From contig JAHPYZ010000010.1 of the NCBI GenBank assembly GCA_019058425.1, positions 18,874 through 82,873 of the forward strand: a DNA stretch of 64,000 bases, in the 5' to 3' direction. Positions within the stretch are counted from its first letter, which is position 1, and each line of letters opens with the position of its first letter. The notes under the pieces were generated by a model that had not been told where the DNA came from, searched no databases, and saw only the letters and a program-made list of their open reading frames with translations. The position numbers and the translations under genes are program-made. This document shows positions 27,588-36,001 of the stretch, piece by piece. The stretch is from Promethearchaeota archaeon (GTDB lineage: Archaea; Asgardarchaeota; Lokiarchaeia; Sigyniarchaeales; SOKP01).

Positions 27588-29978
27588 ATGAAAGATAGTA
27601 AGAACCTTAATTGTCCAGCAAAGAACCGATCTAAAATTAGGTGCTATAATCCAAATTCATCTAATTCTAAAAAGTATTGGGAAAATAATTCCATTCAAAA
27701 AAAAAATCCAATTTTTAATTTTCAAAATTATAATTCATATATTTATAGAAATGAGATTTTTGAATATATTGTTAAAAATATATATACATTGATTTCTGAA
27801 TTAAAATGTAAATTAAATAAATCGTTTCAAGTAGAATGCATTCATATATATGATAACATTTTAATTTCAATACCATATGACAACCAAAATAAAAAATTTA
27901 ATTACTTCTATCAAAGTTTTGGATCTAGAAATGTAAAAAATCCGAAATATATCGCTGCTTCATTAATATATTTCAATTTCGTTAGATCAGGAGAAAATAT
28001 TAAGCGTAAATTGTTAGTGAGAATTTTAAGTTTAAATTTATCAAGTTTTAATCGTGTGTGTTCTACTATTTCCAACTATCTAAAAAGAATCCCTGAATAT
28101 GATTTCATTTTTGAGTTTATAAATGCCGATAGGCTAACTGAAGATGAATATCTTGTACTAACAAATAAATATATTACTAGATACATAGATTATCTGAATA
28201 GTAAAAATCCTGATTATATCAATTTTTCGAGCAGTGATGATGAATCTATTTTCGATTTGGTTTTGAACATCATAGGATCTATAGAAGGTGAGGACAAATT
28301 TCAACTTTTTTTTGAAAGTTTAAAAAAAAAGAAGCCAAAAATATTAGCAGCAGTAATGTGTTTTATTTTCCTAAAATATGAAAAAGATATTAAATTGAGT
28401 AAAACCTATTTTCTTGATTTATTGCTTGAAAATAATTATTTTTATATACCACCAACTAACTTCACCGAAGTCTTACATCAAATAATAGTAGAATTTTTTG
28501 TATTAGATCAAGATAAATATCAGAAGAAAGTTGAACATTATTTAATTCAATACATTATTGAATTAGAATCTTATTTCTGTTCTCATTTAAATAACCTTAA
28601 AGATGATTTAATTGATAAAGGAATAGCTATCTTTGATTACGCTATAATAAATGATTTTCCAATCTTGGATAAAAATAAAAATAACGAAATAGATTATTAT
28701 TTTCCCCAGAATTTCGCTTTTTCTTTACTTTACTTCACCTTTAAAACTACAAAAGGATTAGGAGATTTAGCAACTCCCACGAAATTGGACCAATGTTTTG
28801 GATCTGAATTTAATTTTAAACATGTGAATGATCGAAACAGTAATCGGTTATATGATTATATATCAGATTACATAGGAAGATATAAAGGGCAGATATATAG
28901 TAGAGACACTTTTATTAAAATGATGAGAAAATCTTTGAAAGGATTTTATCACATTGAGACTCATTTTTTACTTGAATTATATCAATCTTTAGAATTGGAA
29001 CCAAAAGAATTTGGAGATAAATTATATATTCACAATACACCTGGAACCAGTGGCGTATTACGTGTAATTCGAAATAAAACATCGTTTAGCGACCCTAATA
29101 CATTTGAAAATATTCGTGATTTTATAAGAACAAATCATATAGGACATCATAAAAATTACTTTATTGATTGGATTAATAATATACAAGAATTAAAGCGAAA
29201 GGATTTTAAACATCAAAGTATTACTTATCCGTTTAGATGGAAAGAAGAACGTTTAGATATCATTAATGACAATCAATTGAGATTAGGACTTTATAGCTTT
29301 CTTAATGATATTTGGAGAGAAAACTTTCCTCGTGATATATTCATGTCTAGTGATAATCCCAGAGCATCAATGCTAAAATTTTATGGATCCTATGAAGAAC
29401 ATTTAAAATTTGATAACATAGAAGACTTCTTTAAAGATGAACTAAAAACATATGATTCATCCTTTTTTCTGTGTAAACACGTTCAAAAAGTTTTTGAGTA
29501 TTATAAAAGAAATAGAATAGGTAAAAGACCGGACCATCCACCGATTTTGGCTTATATAATAAAAAATAATAATAATACTATAGCAATTGAATCACCAGTT
29601 TGGAAGCCTATTGAAAATTCAGATTTATTTAATATTGGGCATATAGATATTATTCTTTTCATAAATGGATATTTAATAATTGCCGATTATAAGCAAAATG
29701 AGGATAAGATATATAGATCACTACCACAACTCACTACTTATGGCATATTATTAAAAGATAGATTAGAAGATTATTATGTCCCCATTAACAACAATATTTT
29801 GTGTATAGGTTTTAGTAAAGATTTAGCATATTCATTCAATCCTGAAGATTTATATCCTAAACTTCTACAATTTGTTAAATTCATGAATTCACAACGAATA
29901 TCTTCCTTGAAAAGTAGAAAAATCCCAAAAAAAACAATAAGAACAGATCTTTATTCTGATTTAAAAAACTTGAAATGA
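27588..29978 (+). CDS. large protein with C-terminal RecB/Cas4-type PD-(D/E)xK nuclease domain and N-terminal TFIIB/cyclin-box-like repeats
   Basis: The C-terminus has all four RecB-family motifs in order: IAIESPVW (E), GHIDIILF (hhD), IIADYKQ (D/ExK) and QLTTYGILL (QxxxY). The N-terminal two thirds carry recurring K-x-P-K-x-[IL]-A-A-x-h-x-[YF] motifs (KNPKYIAASLIYF, KKPKILAAVMCFIF, and a weaker NFAFSLLYFTF). These resemble the GKSPxxhAAAhhYhA signature of TFB/TFIIB cyclin repeats. Confidence 0.7.
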   Translation: MKDSKNLNCPAKNRSKIRCYNPNSSNSKKYWENNSIQKKNPIFNFQNYNSYIYRNEIFEYIVKNIYTLISELKCKLNKSFQVECIHIYDNILISIPYDNQNKKFNYFYQSFGSRNVKNPKYIAASLIYFNFVRSGENIKRKLLVRILSLNLSSFNRVCSTISNYLKRIPEYDFIFEFINADRLTEDEYLVLTNKYITRYIDYLNSKNPDYINFSSSDDESIFDLVLNIIGSIEGEDKFQLFFESLKKKKPKILAAVMCFIFLKYEKDIKLSKTYFLDLLLENNYFYIPPTNFTEVLHQIIVEFFVLDQDKYQKKVEHYLIQYIIELESYFCSHLNNLKDDLIDKGIAIFDYAIINDFPILDKNKNNEIDYYFPQNFAFSLLYFTFKTTKGLGDLATPTKLDQCFGSEFNFKHVNDRNSNRLYDYISDYIGRYKGQIYSRDTFIKMMRKSLKGFYHIETHFLLELYQSLELEPKEFGDKLYIHNTPGTSGVLRVIRNKTSFSDPNTFENIRDFIRTNHIGHHKNYFIDWINNIQELKRKDFKHQSITYPFRWKEERLDIINDNQLRLGLYSFLNDIWRENFPRDIFMSSDNPRASMLKFYGSYEEHLKFDNIEDFFKDELKTYDSSFFLCKHVQKVFEYYKRNRIGKRPDHPPILAYIIKNNNNTIAIESPVWKPIENSDLFNIGHIDIILFINGYLIIADYKQNEDKIYRSLPQLTTYGILLKDRLEDYYVPINNNILCIGFSKDLAYSFNPEDLYPKLLQFVKFMNSQRISSLKSRKIPKKTIRTDLYSDLKNLK

Positions 29979-30141
29979 AGAATATCAAGAGATCATAAAT
30001 ATATTCAACGTTATGGTCAATAATATATTTTATTTATAATAATAAGAAGATTACTAGTTTTTTACGTCTAACTTATAACAATTAATCTTATTTGAAATTA
30101 AATAATACGATAATTAGATATATTTCATATTTATTACAGGA

Positions 30142-31218
30142 TTGGTAAAGATTACTTCTGACTTAAAAATAGAAAAAGAACAGGATAAGGAAGATATAAT
30201 AGAAAAAATTTTAGATATAGATCCAGATCAATTAATTTTAAATTGGAAATTTAAGAATGTAAACAAAAAGCTAACCTATGATATTAAAAAGTGTATAGGG
30301 TGTAGTTTATGTAAACTAGTCTGTCCTGTTAATGCAATAGAGTTAGGCCCCATCCCTGATATTGCTCAAGAAAAAATTGATAAAAGTAATCCCAAAATAC
30401 TAATAGACCATGAGAAATGTTGTTACTGTATGCTATGTGCAATAGTTTGTCCTAACGATGCATTTCATGAGAATATAGAGCCAGAAGGCCAAATTGACCT
30501 AAATGAATTTCCAACCATTGGAAAATTCTACAAGTTAGATTTGGACAAGTGCATCGAAGATGAGAAAATTGAAATTTGTAAATTATGTTTAGATGTCCGA
30601 AAAAGAAACAATATTGAAGAATATTACAAAATTGGAAAAGAATGTCCAGTTAAGTGTTTTCATATTGACTCCCCAATTCAAGGAGAAGTCATCATAAAAA
30701 AGAATATGTTGCACAAATGCACTCCTGAAAATTGTAAAGCTTGCATTAATATCTGCCCAACTGAATCCTTTTTTATTCCTGAAAGTGCTGAAGATGTGAA
30801 AAAATATGGAAAAATTGCATGTAATGAAGATGAATGTTTTTACTGTGGAGCTTGTGAAAATTCTTGTCCTGATGATTTAATACTTGTTGATCGAAAGGAG
30901 GTTGAGATCCTAGATCCTAAAAAGCCTGGTAACTATCCATGGGTACAAGGATGGACAGTTAGTATAAAAGAAATACTGAGAAAAGCATTAATTCGGGGTA
31001 AAAAACAAATAGAAATTCCAATTATTGAAGAGGAAGTTAAAAAACTAAAGGAAAAAATTGAAGATACAATACCTCAATTATCAAAAGAAGACCGAGAAAA
31101 ATTGAATGAGTTAGATAATAAAATTCAAAATTTCCTTAGATCTCCAAAAATTAGATATTGGATAAAGGATAAAAAAACAGATAAAATAAGAAAAGAATTG
31201 AAAAAGCTCTTAACTTAA
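30142..31218 (+). CDS. polyferredoxin (four 4Fe-4S cluster motifs), intact copy
   Basis: CIGCSLCKLVCP, CCYCMLCAIVCP, CKACINICP and CFYCGACENSCP, followed by a Lys/Glu-rich C-terminal tail. TTG start. Confidence 0.85.
   Translation: MVKITSDLKIEKEQDKEDIIEKILDIDPDQLILNWKFKNVNKKLTYDIKKCIGCSLCKLVCPVNAIELGPIPDIAQEKIDKSNPKILIDHEKCCYCMLCAIVCPNDAFHENIEPEGQIDLNEFPTIGKFYKLDLDKCIEDEKIEICKLCLDVRKRNNIEEYYKIGKECPVKCFHIDSPIQGEVIIKKNMLHKCTPENCKACINICPTESFFIPESAEDVKKYGKIACNEDECFYCGACENSCPDDLILVDRKEVEILDPKKPGNYPWVQGWTVSIKEILRKALIRGKKQIEIPIIEEEVKKLKEKIEDTIPQLSKEDREKLNELDNKIQNFLRSPKIRYWIKDKKTDKIRKELKKLLT
30787..31111 (+). repeat. 325-bp direct repeat, copy A (inside the intact polyferredoxin gene)
   Basis: A base-by-base comparison with 34592-34916 gives a constant offset of 3805, 258 bp identical (30787-31044), then mismatches at 31045 and 31072. 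Confidence 0.9.
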
Positions 31219-31365
31219 CTTTTCAATTATTATAAAAAGATAGAAATAAAAATTTCAGGAAATATAATCAATTCTCCAAAACAAAAATGTCAATATGATA
31301 GTTGGATGAATTAATGTTCAATCTCCATATAAACTCAATTATACCAAAGAAAACTCTGCAAATAA

Positions 31366-31779
31366 TCACTTGATGGGAACACCAGATTTGCTTAAAATTA
31401 TTCCTTCTATAACATCTTCTAACTCTTTCAGCTGCATTACTGGTTTAGAACTATGATAAATAAACCTTAATTGCGGGGGAATCTGTCCAGGAACCTTTCT
31501 TTTTATTTCCTCAATCGATATTTTAACTTTGAAAATCTTTTCAAAAAGTTCAGGTGACCCAGAGATTGATAGAGTAACTCCTTTACCCTCGATTGTAAAT
31601 CCACGTTTTTTAAGTTCTGATATAACTCTTTGTATAGTTTGGGGAGATGATATGAATGGTTTTGGATCGGTGCCTACGATACCCTCCTGTAAAAGAGAAC
31701 GACCAGACAACGACCTCAAATAAACTGTTGCCATGATTCTTTTTTGGCTAGATTGATTTTTATCTTCACTTTTACCCAT
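31366..31779 (-). CDS. stand-alone subtilase pro-domain-like protein (paralogue of the N-terminus of 31823..34309)
   Basis: ATVYLRSLSGRS...ISSPQTIQRVISELKKRGFTIEGKGVTLSISGSPELFEKIFKVKISIEEIKRKVP aligns with ASVILKSKSGLS...LPENKSIKSTVNLLNEAGFDIEAQTDVGISFSGPKELFESEFGVTISKREIKIKRP of the neighbouring protease. The pattern resembles the pro-kumamolisin-type activation domain. Confidence 0.55.
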   Translation of the reverse strand: MGKSEDKNQSSQKRIMATVYLRSLSGRSLLQEGIVGTDPKPFISSPQTIQRVISELKKRGFTIEGKGVTLSISGSPELFEKIFKVKISIEEIKRKVPGQIPPQLRFIYHSSKPVMQLKELEDVIEGIILSKSGVPIK

Positions 31780-31822
31780 TTAATTGGCACTCTTCTTTTT
31801 ATACATAAATTAAATTTGTTAT

Positions 31823-34309
31823 TTATCGTTTTGATTCTCCTAAGCAATGGGCACAATTATCATATCTGTGTCGATGGGCTTGGGGTATATCACCGAATGG
31901 TTTTCTATTATAAGGACTCATCATATTCATCCAAGCACAAGTTTTGTTATGAACTTCCTTAGTTTTTCGATTCCCAACAAAAGCATAATGGGATATATTA
32001 ATCATTTCAGTAAAACTACCAATTTGTTCACCATCTATTAGTAGTGTAGCACGAATTGGATATGCTCCGTCTGGAGTGTTTTCAGGTACAGTGTAGTAGA
32101 TAGTAACTTTTGTTTTCTCATTGGATTTAAAATCCATTCCTCCTAGCGAACCCATTTTTCCGATATGAGACAGTGTAGAATAAAGGCTACTTTCATGAAT
32201 GACATTCATATTATTCAATGTTGCTGAATGCGTTAACCGTTTGATCATTCTGACCAAAACTTCTGATTTTGGAGCAAACTTGGTAAGATCCACTTGAAGA
32301 TCAGCTTGATGATATTTACCTAATGGACCTTCCATATAAAAACTGAAGGAAGAAGTCCCACCAGGAATAATATCTACGATTGTAATGTTCTTCCACGCAA
32401 CATTGTTCTTATCCCGAACCATTTTCCTGAAATCAGCAGCAGTTTGAATTGCGTTTAAATCTGGAGCAGGATCATCAGGACTATCTAAAATACTAATCAA
32501 ACAAAAATGACCTGTTCTAGGAATTTGAGCATCTGACCAGATGATAGGTCCAATAACCCGGAATTCACCTGGTTCCAGATTTTGTATATCAGTTTGCCCA
32601 ATCTCCTCCCAACCTGCTGGATTGGGTAGCATACCAGGAATTGTGAAGTATACAGTTGCTGTACAACTTCCAATAACTGTACCACGGTTCTGAACTCGCA
32701 AATAAACATAATTGTCTTGTCCATCTTCTACTTGATCACTTAAATCGTGCCGATGCTTAACAGTTATTCCCAACATTTCTGAAGGATCAACTAATTCCTC
32801 AGTACGTACAATTATATCTGGACTAGCCCACAAACGGTTTAGAACTACTGGCTCTGTTCCATTATCCTCGATACTATCGCGTATATAAGCATTGAACTTA
32901 TCTTGCTGTAGAAAGTTTAATGCAGCTTCTCCATCAATTAGACCAAATCCAGTCGCGGCATCCCATCCAATTGTTGCGTTATCTGGACCTGCACTATTAC
33001 TTGAACCGGTTTGAATGTCTTGAGATGAATTCTCTAGGATGTTTTTTACTGCCATGGGAGTTAGATTTGGATGTTGCTCCAGTATTAAAGCACAAATGCC
33101 AGCAGTTTGTGGAGCAGCTGCAGATGTCCCACTACATGCACACCATCCATCATTAGGTGCAGTATTATCCCCTAAAGGAAATGCTTGAGCCGCTAAACCC
33201 TGATCCATTGTACAATCCGGTTCAGTAGGCAACATGATTAATATTGCTGCAGGAATCTCACCAACTAGGCCTACAACATCAGGGCAATGTCTCTGAGGAT
33301 TAGTATAGACAAAACTATCGTAACTACTGGCATAATTAGAAGCACGAAATCCTCCGCCCTGAATTGGATAAGCACCGCCAACTGATATCAAGCTGGGATG
33401 AGCAAGTGATTGAACTGACATTGCTGGATCATCAGTATGTCCATTACCTGCTGCAAAGATAACCACAATACCATTAGCTACAGCATTAGCGATCTCTAGA
33501 AGCAGTGCGAGATCCTGACCTCCAGAACCCCAACTACAAGTAATGATATCTGGATTTTGATACTGTACAGCAGCTTGAAATCCAGCTAAAGGAAAGTTAT
33601 TCCATCCTCCATCTGTATATTTAACAAATGAGAAAGTAGCTCCTGGTGCTACAGCTAAGATATTTGCAGCCATTGCTGTTCCATGTCCATATTCATCAAC
33701 ATTTTCATTTAGTCCACCCACAGCTCTAATATCATCAATATTATACCCTTGGGCTGAATAGTAGGGATGTTGGAAGAAACCAGTATCAACCATTGAGATG
33801 CGTACACCAGCACCGGTGATTCCAGCACCATGTAGGGTTGAAACGTTAAGTATCGTCGGGACATCGTTCAGCACGTTTAGAAAATAGTAAGACGGATTAG
33901 GGGTGGGAGGATTTGGGTCTTGAAAAGGAAAAGCAGGAATAGCCAGCTGGACGGATTCAACAAGCTCAGAAATTCGGTTACTAATCATTTTTGGTTGACT
34001 AGCCTCAAAAAATGAAACCGAACGTTCTGCAATTTCTGGTCTTTTAATCTTAATCTCCCGTTTACTAATAGTAACTCCAAATTCAGATTCAAAGAGTTCT
34101 TTAGGACCAGAGAATGAGATTCCTACATCAGTTTGTGCTTCAATATCAAATCCTGCTTCATTCAATAAGTTAACTGTGCTTTTAATACTTTTATTTTCAG
34201 GTAAGAATTCATCCAATGCACTAAATGAGAATTTATCAAGATCTTTTTCAATAGACAATCCACTCTTTGATTTTAATATCACTGAGGCTATGACTTTTTC
34301 ATCAACCAT
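31823..34309 (-). CDS. S8 family subtilisin-like serine protease, no signal peptide, with C-terminal extension and Ada-like Zn motif
   Basis: Catalytic triad in D-H-S order: RISMVDTGF, YGHGTAMAANI, CSGTSAAAPQTAG, with oxyanion FAAGNGH. The N-terminus MVDEKVIASVILK lacks a hydrophobic leader. The tail is HNKTCAWMNMMSPYNRKPFGDIPQAHRHRYDNCAHCLG. GC is visibly higher (about 43%) than the surroundings. Confidence 0.9.
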   Translation of the reverse strand: MVDEKVIASVILKSKSGLSIEKDLDKFSFSALDEFLPENKSIKSTVNLLNEAGFDIEAQTDVGISFSGPKELFESEFGVTISKREIKIKRPEIAERSVSFFEASQPKMISNRISELVESVQLAIPAFPFQDPNPPTPNPSYYFLNVLNDVPTILNVSTLHGAGITGAGVRISMVDTGFFQHPYYSAQGYNIDDIRAVGGLNENVDEYGHGTAMAANILAVAPGATFSFVKYTDGGWNNFPLAGFQAAVQYQNPDIITCSWGSGGQDLALLLEIANAVANGIVVIFAAGNGHTDDPAMSVQSLAHPSLISVGGAYPIQGGGFRASNYASSYDSFVYTNPQRHCPDVVGLVGEIPAAILIMLPTEPDCTMDQGLAAQAFPLGDNTAPNDGWCACSGTSAAAPQTAGICALILEQHPNLTPMAVKNILENSSQDIQTGSSNSAGPDNATIGWDAATGFGLIDGEAALNFLQQDKFNAYIRDSIEDNGTEPVVLNRLWASPDIIVRTEELVDPSEMLGITVKHRHDLSDQVEDGQDNYVYLRVQNRGTVIGSCTATVYFTIPGMLPNPAGWEEIGQTDIQNLEPGEFRVIGPIIWSDAQIPRTGHFCLISILDSPDDPAPDLNAIQTAADFRKMVRDKNNVAWKNITIVDIIPGGTSSFSFYMEGPLGKYHQADLQVDLTKFAPKSEVLVRMIKRLTHSATLNNMNVIHESSLYSTLSHIGKMGSLGGMDFKSNEKTKVTIYYTVPENTPDGAYPIRATLLIDGEQIGSFTEMINISHYAFVGNRKTKEVHNKTCAWMNMMSPYNRKPFGDIPQAHRHRYDNCAHCLGESKR

Positions 34310-34549
34310 TTTTTACTCCACTCAAAATATAGATTAAGTTTAATGTGTTGTTTTTAATATAAATTATTTTGAAAATATCTATAAAATACATACAATTAAT
34401 CACCCTCCTTTAATAATTTAATATGGATTTTTAGAAAAATTTGACGCTAATGTATATTATACAAATTTGTTATTTAATAATTACTAAATTATTCCTTTTA
34501 AATAATTCATATAATTGAATAGTATATTAAAAGAGATTTCGAGTCTTTT

Positions 34550-35032
34550 ATGAAATTTTGTCCTTCTGAATCTTTTTTCATCCCTGAGAGCGCTGAAGAT
34601 GTGAAAAAATATGGAAAAATTGCATGTAATGAAGATGAATGTTTTTACTGTGGAGCTTGTGAAAATTCTTGTCCTGATGATTTAATACTTGTTGATCGAA
34701 AGGAGGTTGAGATCCTAGATCCTAAAAAGCCTGGTAACTATCCATGGGTACAAGGATGGACAGTTAGTATAAAAGAAATACTGAGAAAAGCATTAATTCG
34801 GGGTAAAAAACAAATAGAAATTCCAATTATTGAAGAGGAAGTTAAAAAATTAAAGGAAAAAATTGAAGATACAATACTTCAATTATCAAAAGAAGACCGA
34901 GAAAAATTGAATGAGTAAAATGAAAAAATTCAAGATTTCCTTAGATCTCCAAAAATTAGATATTGGATAAAAGACAAAAAAACATATAAGATTGCTAATG
35001 AATTGAATAAATTTCTTAAAAAAAAAAAATAA
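34550..35032 (+). pseudogene. 3' half of a polyferredoxin gene (continuation of the 22517 fragment) with an in-frame TAA
   Basis: Aligns to residues ~205-358 of the intact copy. It keeps CFYCGACENSCP. At 34916 a TAA replaces the TTA of the intact copy, and the reading frame stays homologous beyond it up to the TAA at 35030. Confidence 0.75.
34592..34916 (+). repeat. 325-bp direct repeat, copy B
   Basis: Near-identical to 30787-31111 (2 mismatches before the TTA/TAA difference). The sequence on both sides of the tract is homologous but much more diverged. Confidence 0.9.
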
Positions 35033-35041
35033 TGAAAAGAT

Positions 35042-35596
35042 TTGTTATCAGAAATATTAACCAATTGGCCAAAGCCTAAAAGCCTAAAACAATTACTTAT
35101 TTTTAGTTTAATTCTTTTACTAGTTATTTATCCTATTATGACCTATTTTTTCGCAACATCTTATCCAGTGAGTTTTATTGAAAGTCAACTCTCTTTTAGC
35201 GGACAGCTAATTAAACAATATAATGCAAGTGCTAATATTGAATTATATAGAATTGCTAATATACTAGATTACTTTTTTATGATCAGCTATGGTAGTATCT
35301 TCTTTAGTCTTGGATTAGTTATTGCACGAAAATTTAATGTAGGAACAATATGGAGGAAAATTAGTTTAATACTGATACCTCTCGCACTTATTGCTCCTAT
35401 ATGTGATGCTATTGAAAATATCTTCATTCTACTAATGTTAACCGATCCATTAGGGTTTCCAGATATATGGGCAATAACCCATTCATTTTTTGCACTTATA
35501 AAATTCATAATAATGTGTATTGGATTTGGATGGTTAGGGATAGCTATTATTAAGTTAATTCTGATCCGAATGTCTCACAAAGCACAGAAGATCTAA
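35042..35596 (+). CDS. hypothetical integral membrane protein
   Basis: 184-aa TTG ORF with about 5 hydrophobic helices. Confidence 0.45.
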   Translation: MLSEILTNWPKPKSLKQLLIFSLILLLVIYPIMTYFFATSYPVSFIESQLSFSGQLIKQYNASANIELYRIANILDYFFMISYGSIFFSLGLVIARKFNVGTIWRKISLILIPLALIAPICDAIENIFILLMLTDPLGFPDIWAITHSFFALIKFIIMCIGFGWLGIAIIKLILIRMSHKAQKI

Positions 35597-35699
35597 AAAT
35601 CTATTTTTTCATTTTAAATTCTTTTTCTTTAAATATTTTAAGTTATAATTATGTTAACTTATCCATAAATAAATTCCATAATTTAGAGTTATTGATAGA

Positions 35700-35987
35700 A
35701 TGATTATAAAAACTAAAATAAAGTTTAATAGATTGGAGAATAAAAAAATTCTCATAGCATGGATACAAAAACATAAGGATCTTGATAAAGATGTTCAGGA
35801 GATTCTAAATTTTTTTAACGATCAAATTACTTATACCCTAATAAATAGATTCCATCTATATTATAAAATTACATCCGCTAATCCTGCTATTATGTTATCT
35901 CTAATTTCATCCATTCAAGAATTAATTGCTGAAAATTATTTCAGTGCAGAAGAATCAATAGAACCTGAAGAATTAGCAAATATTTAA
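35700..35987 (+). CDS. hypothetical protein
   Basis: 95-aa ATG ORF with no recognisable motif. Confidence 0.3.
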   Translation: MIIKTKIKFNRLENKKILIAWIQKHKDLDKDVQEILNFFNDQITYTLINRFHLYYKITSANPAIMLSLISSIQELIAENYFSAEESIEPEELANI

Positions 35988-36001
35988 TCATAATTAATAA
36001 A

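Larger units (their letters stand above)
22991..34549. other. ~11.5-kb cargo segment inserted between the two halves of a polyferredoxin gene
   Basis: The boundaries are where homology to the intact paralogue is lost (22990) and regained (34550). The contents are accessory-type genes, gene fragments and one intact paralogue of the split gene. Confidence 0.55.

Noticed and set aside
22991-35032. Search for an integrase, transposase, terminal inverted repeats or a duplicated tRNA-Pro 3' end that would define the cargo as a classical mobile element or provirus.
   Set aside because: None was found by reading all six frames of the track and the spacers. No capsid, portal or terminase-like ORFs are present either. 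I therefore call the segment cargo or an island, not a mobile element.
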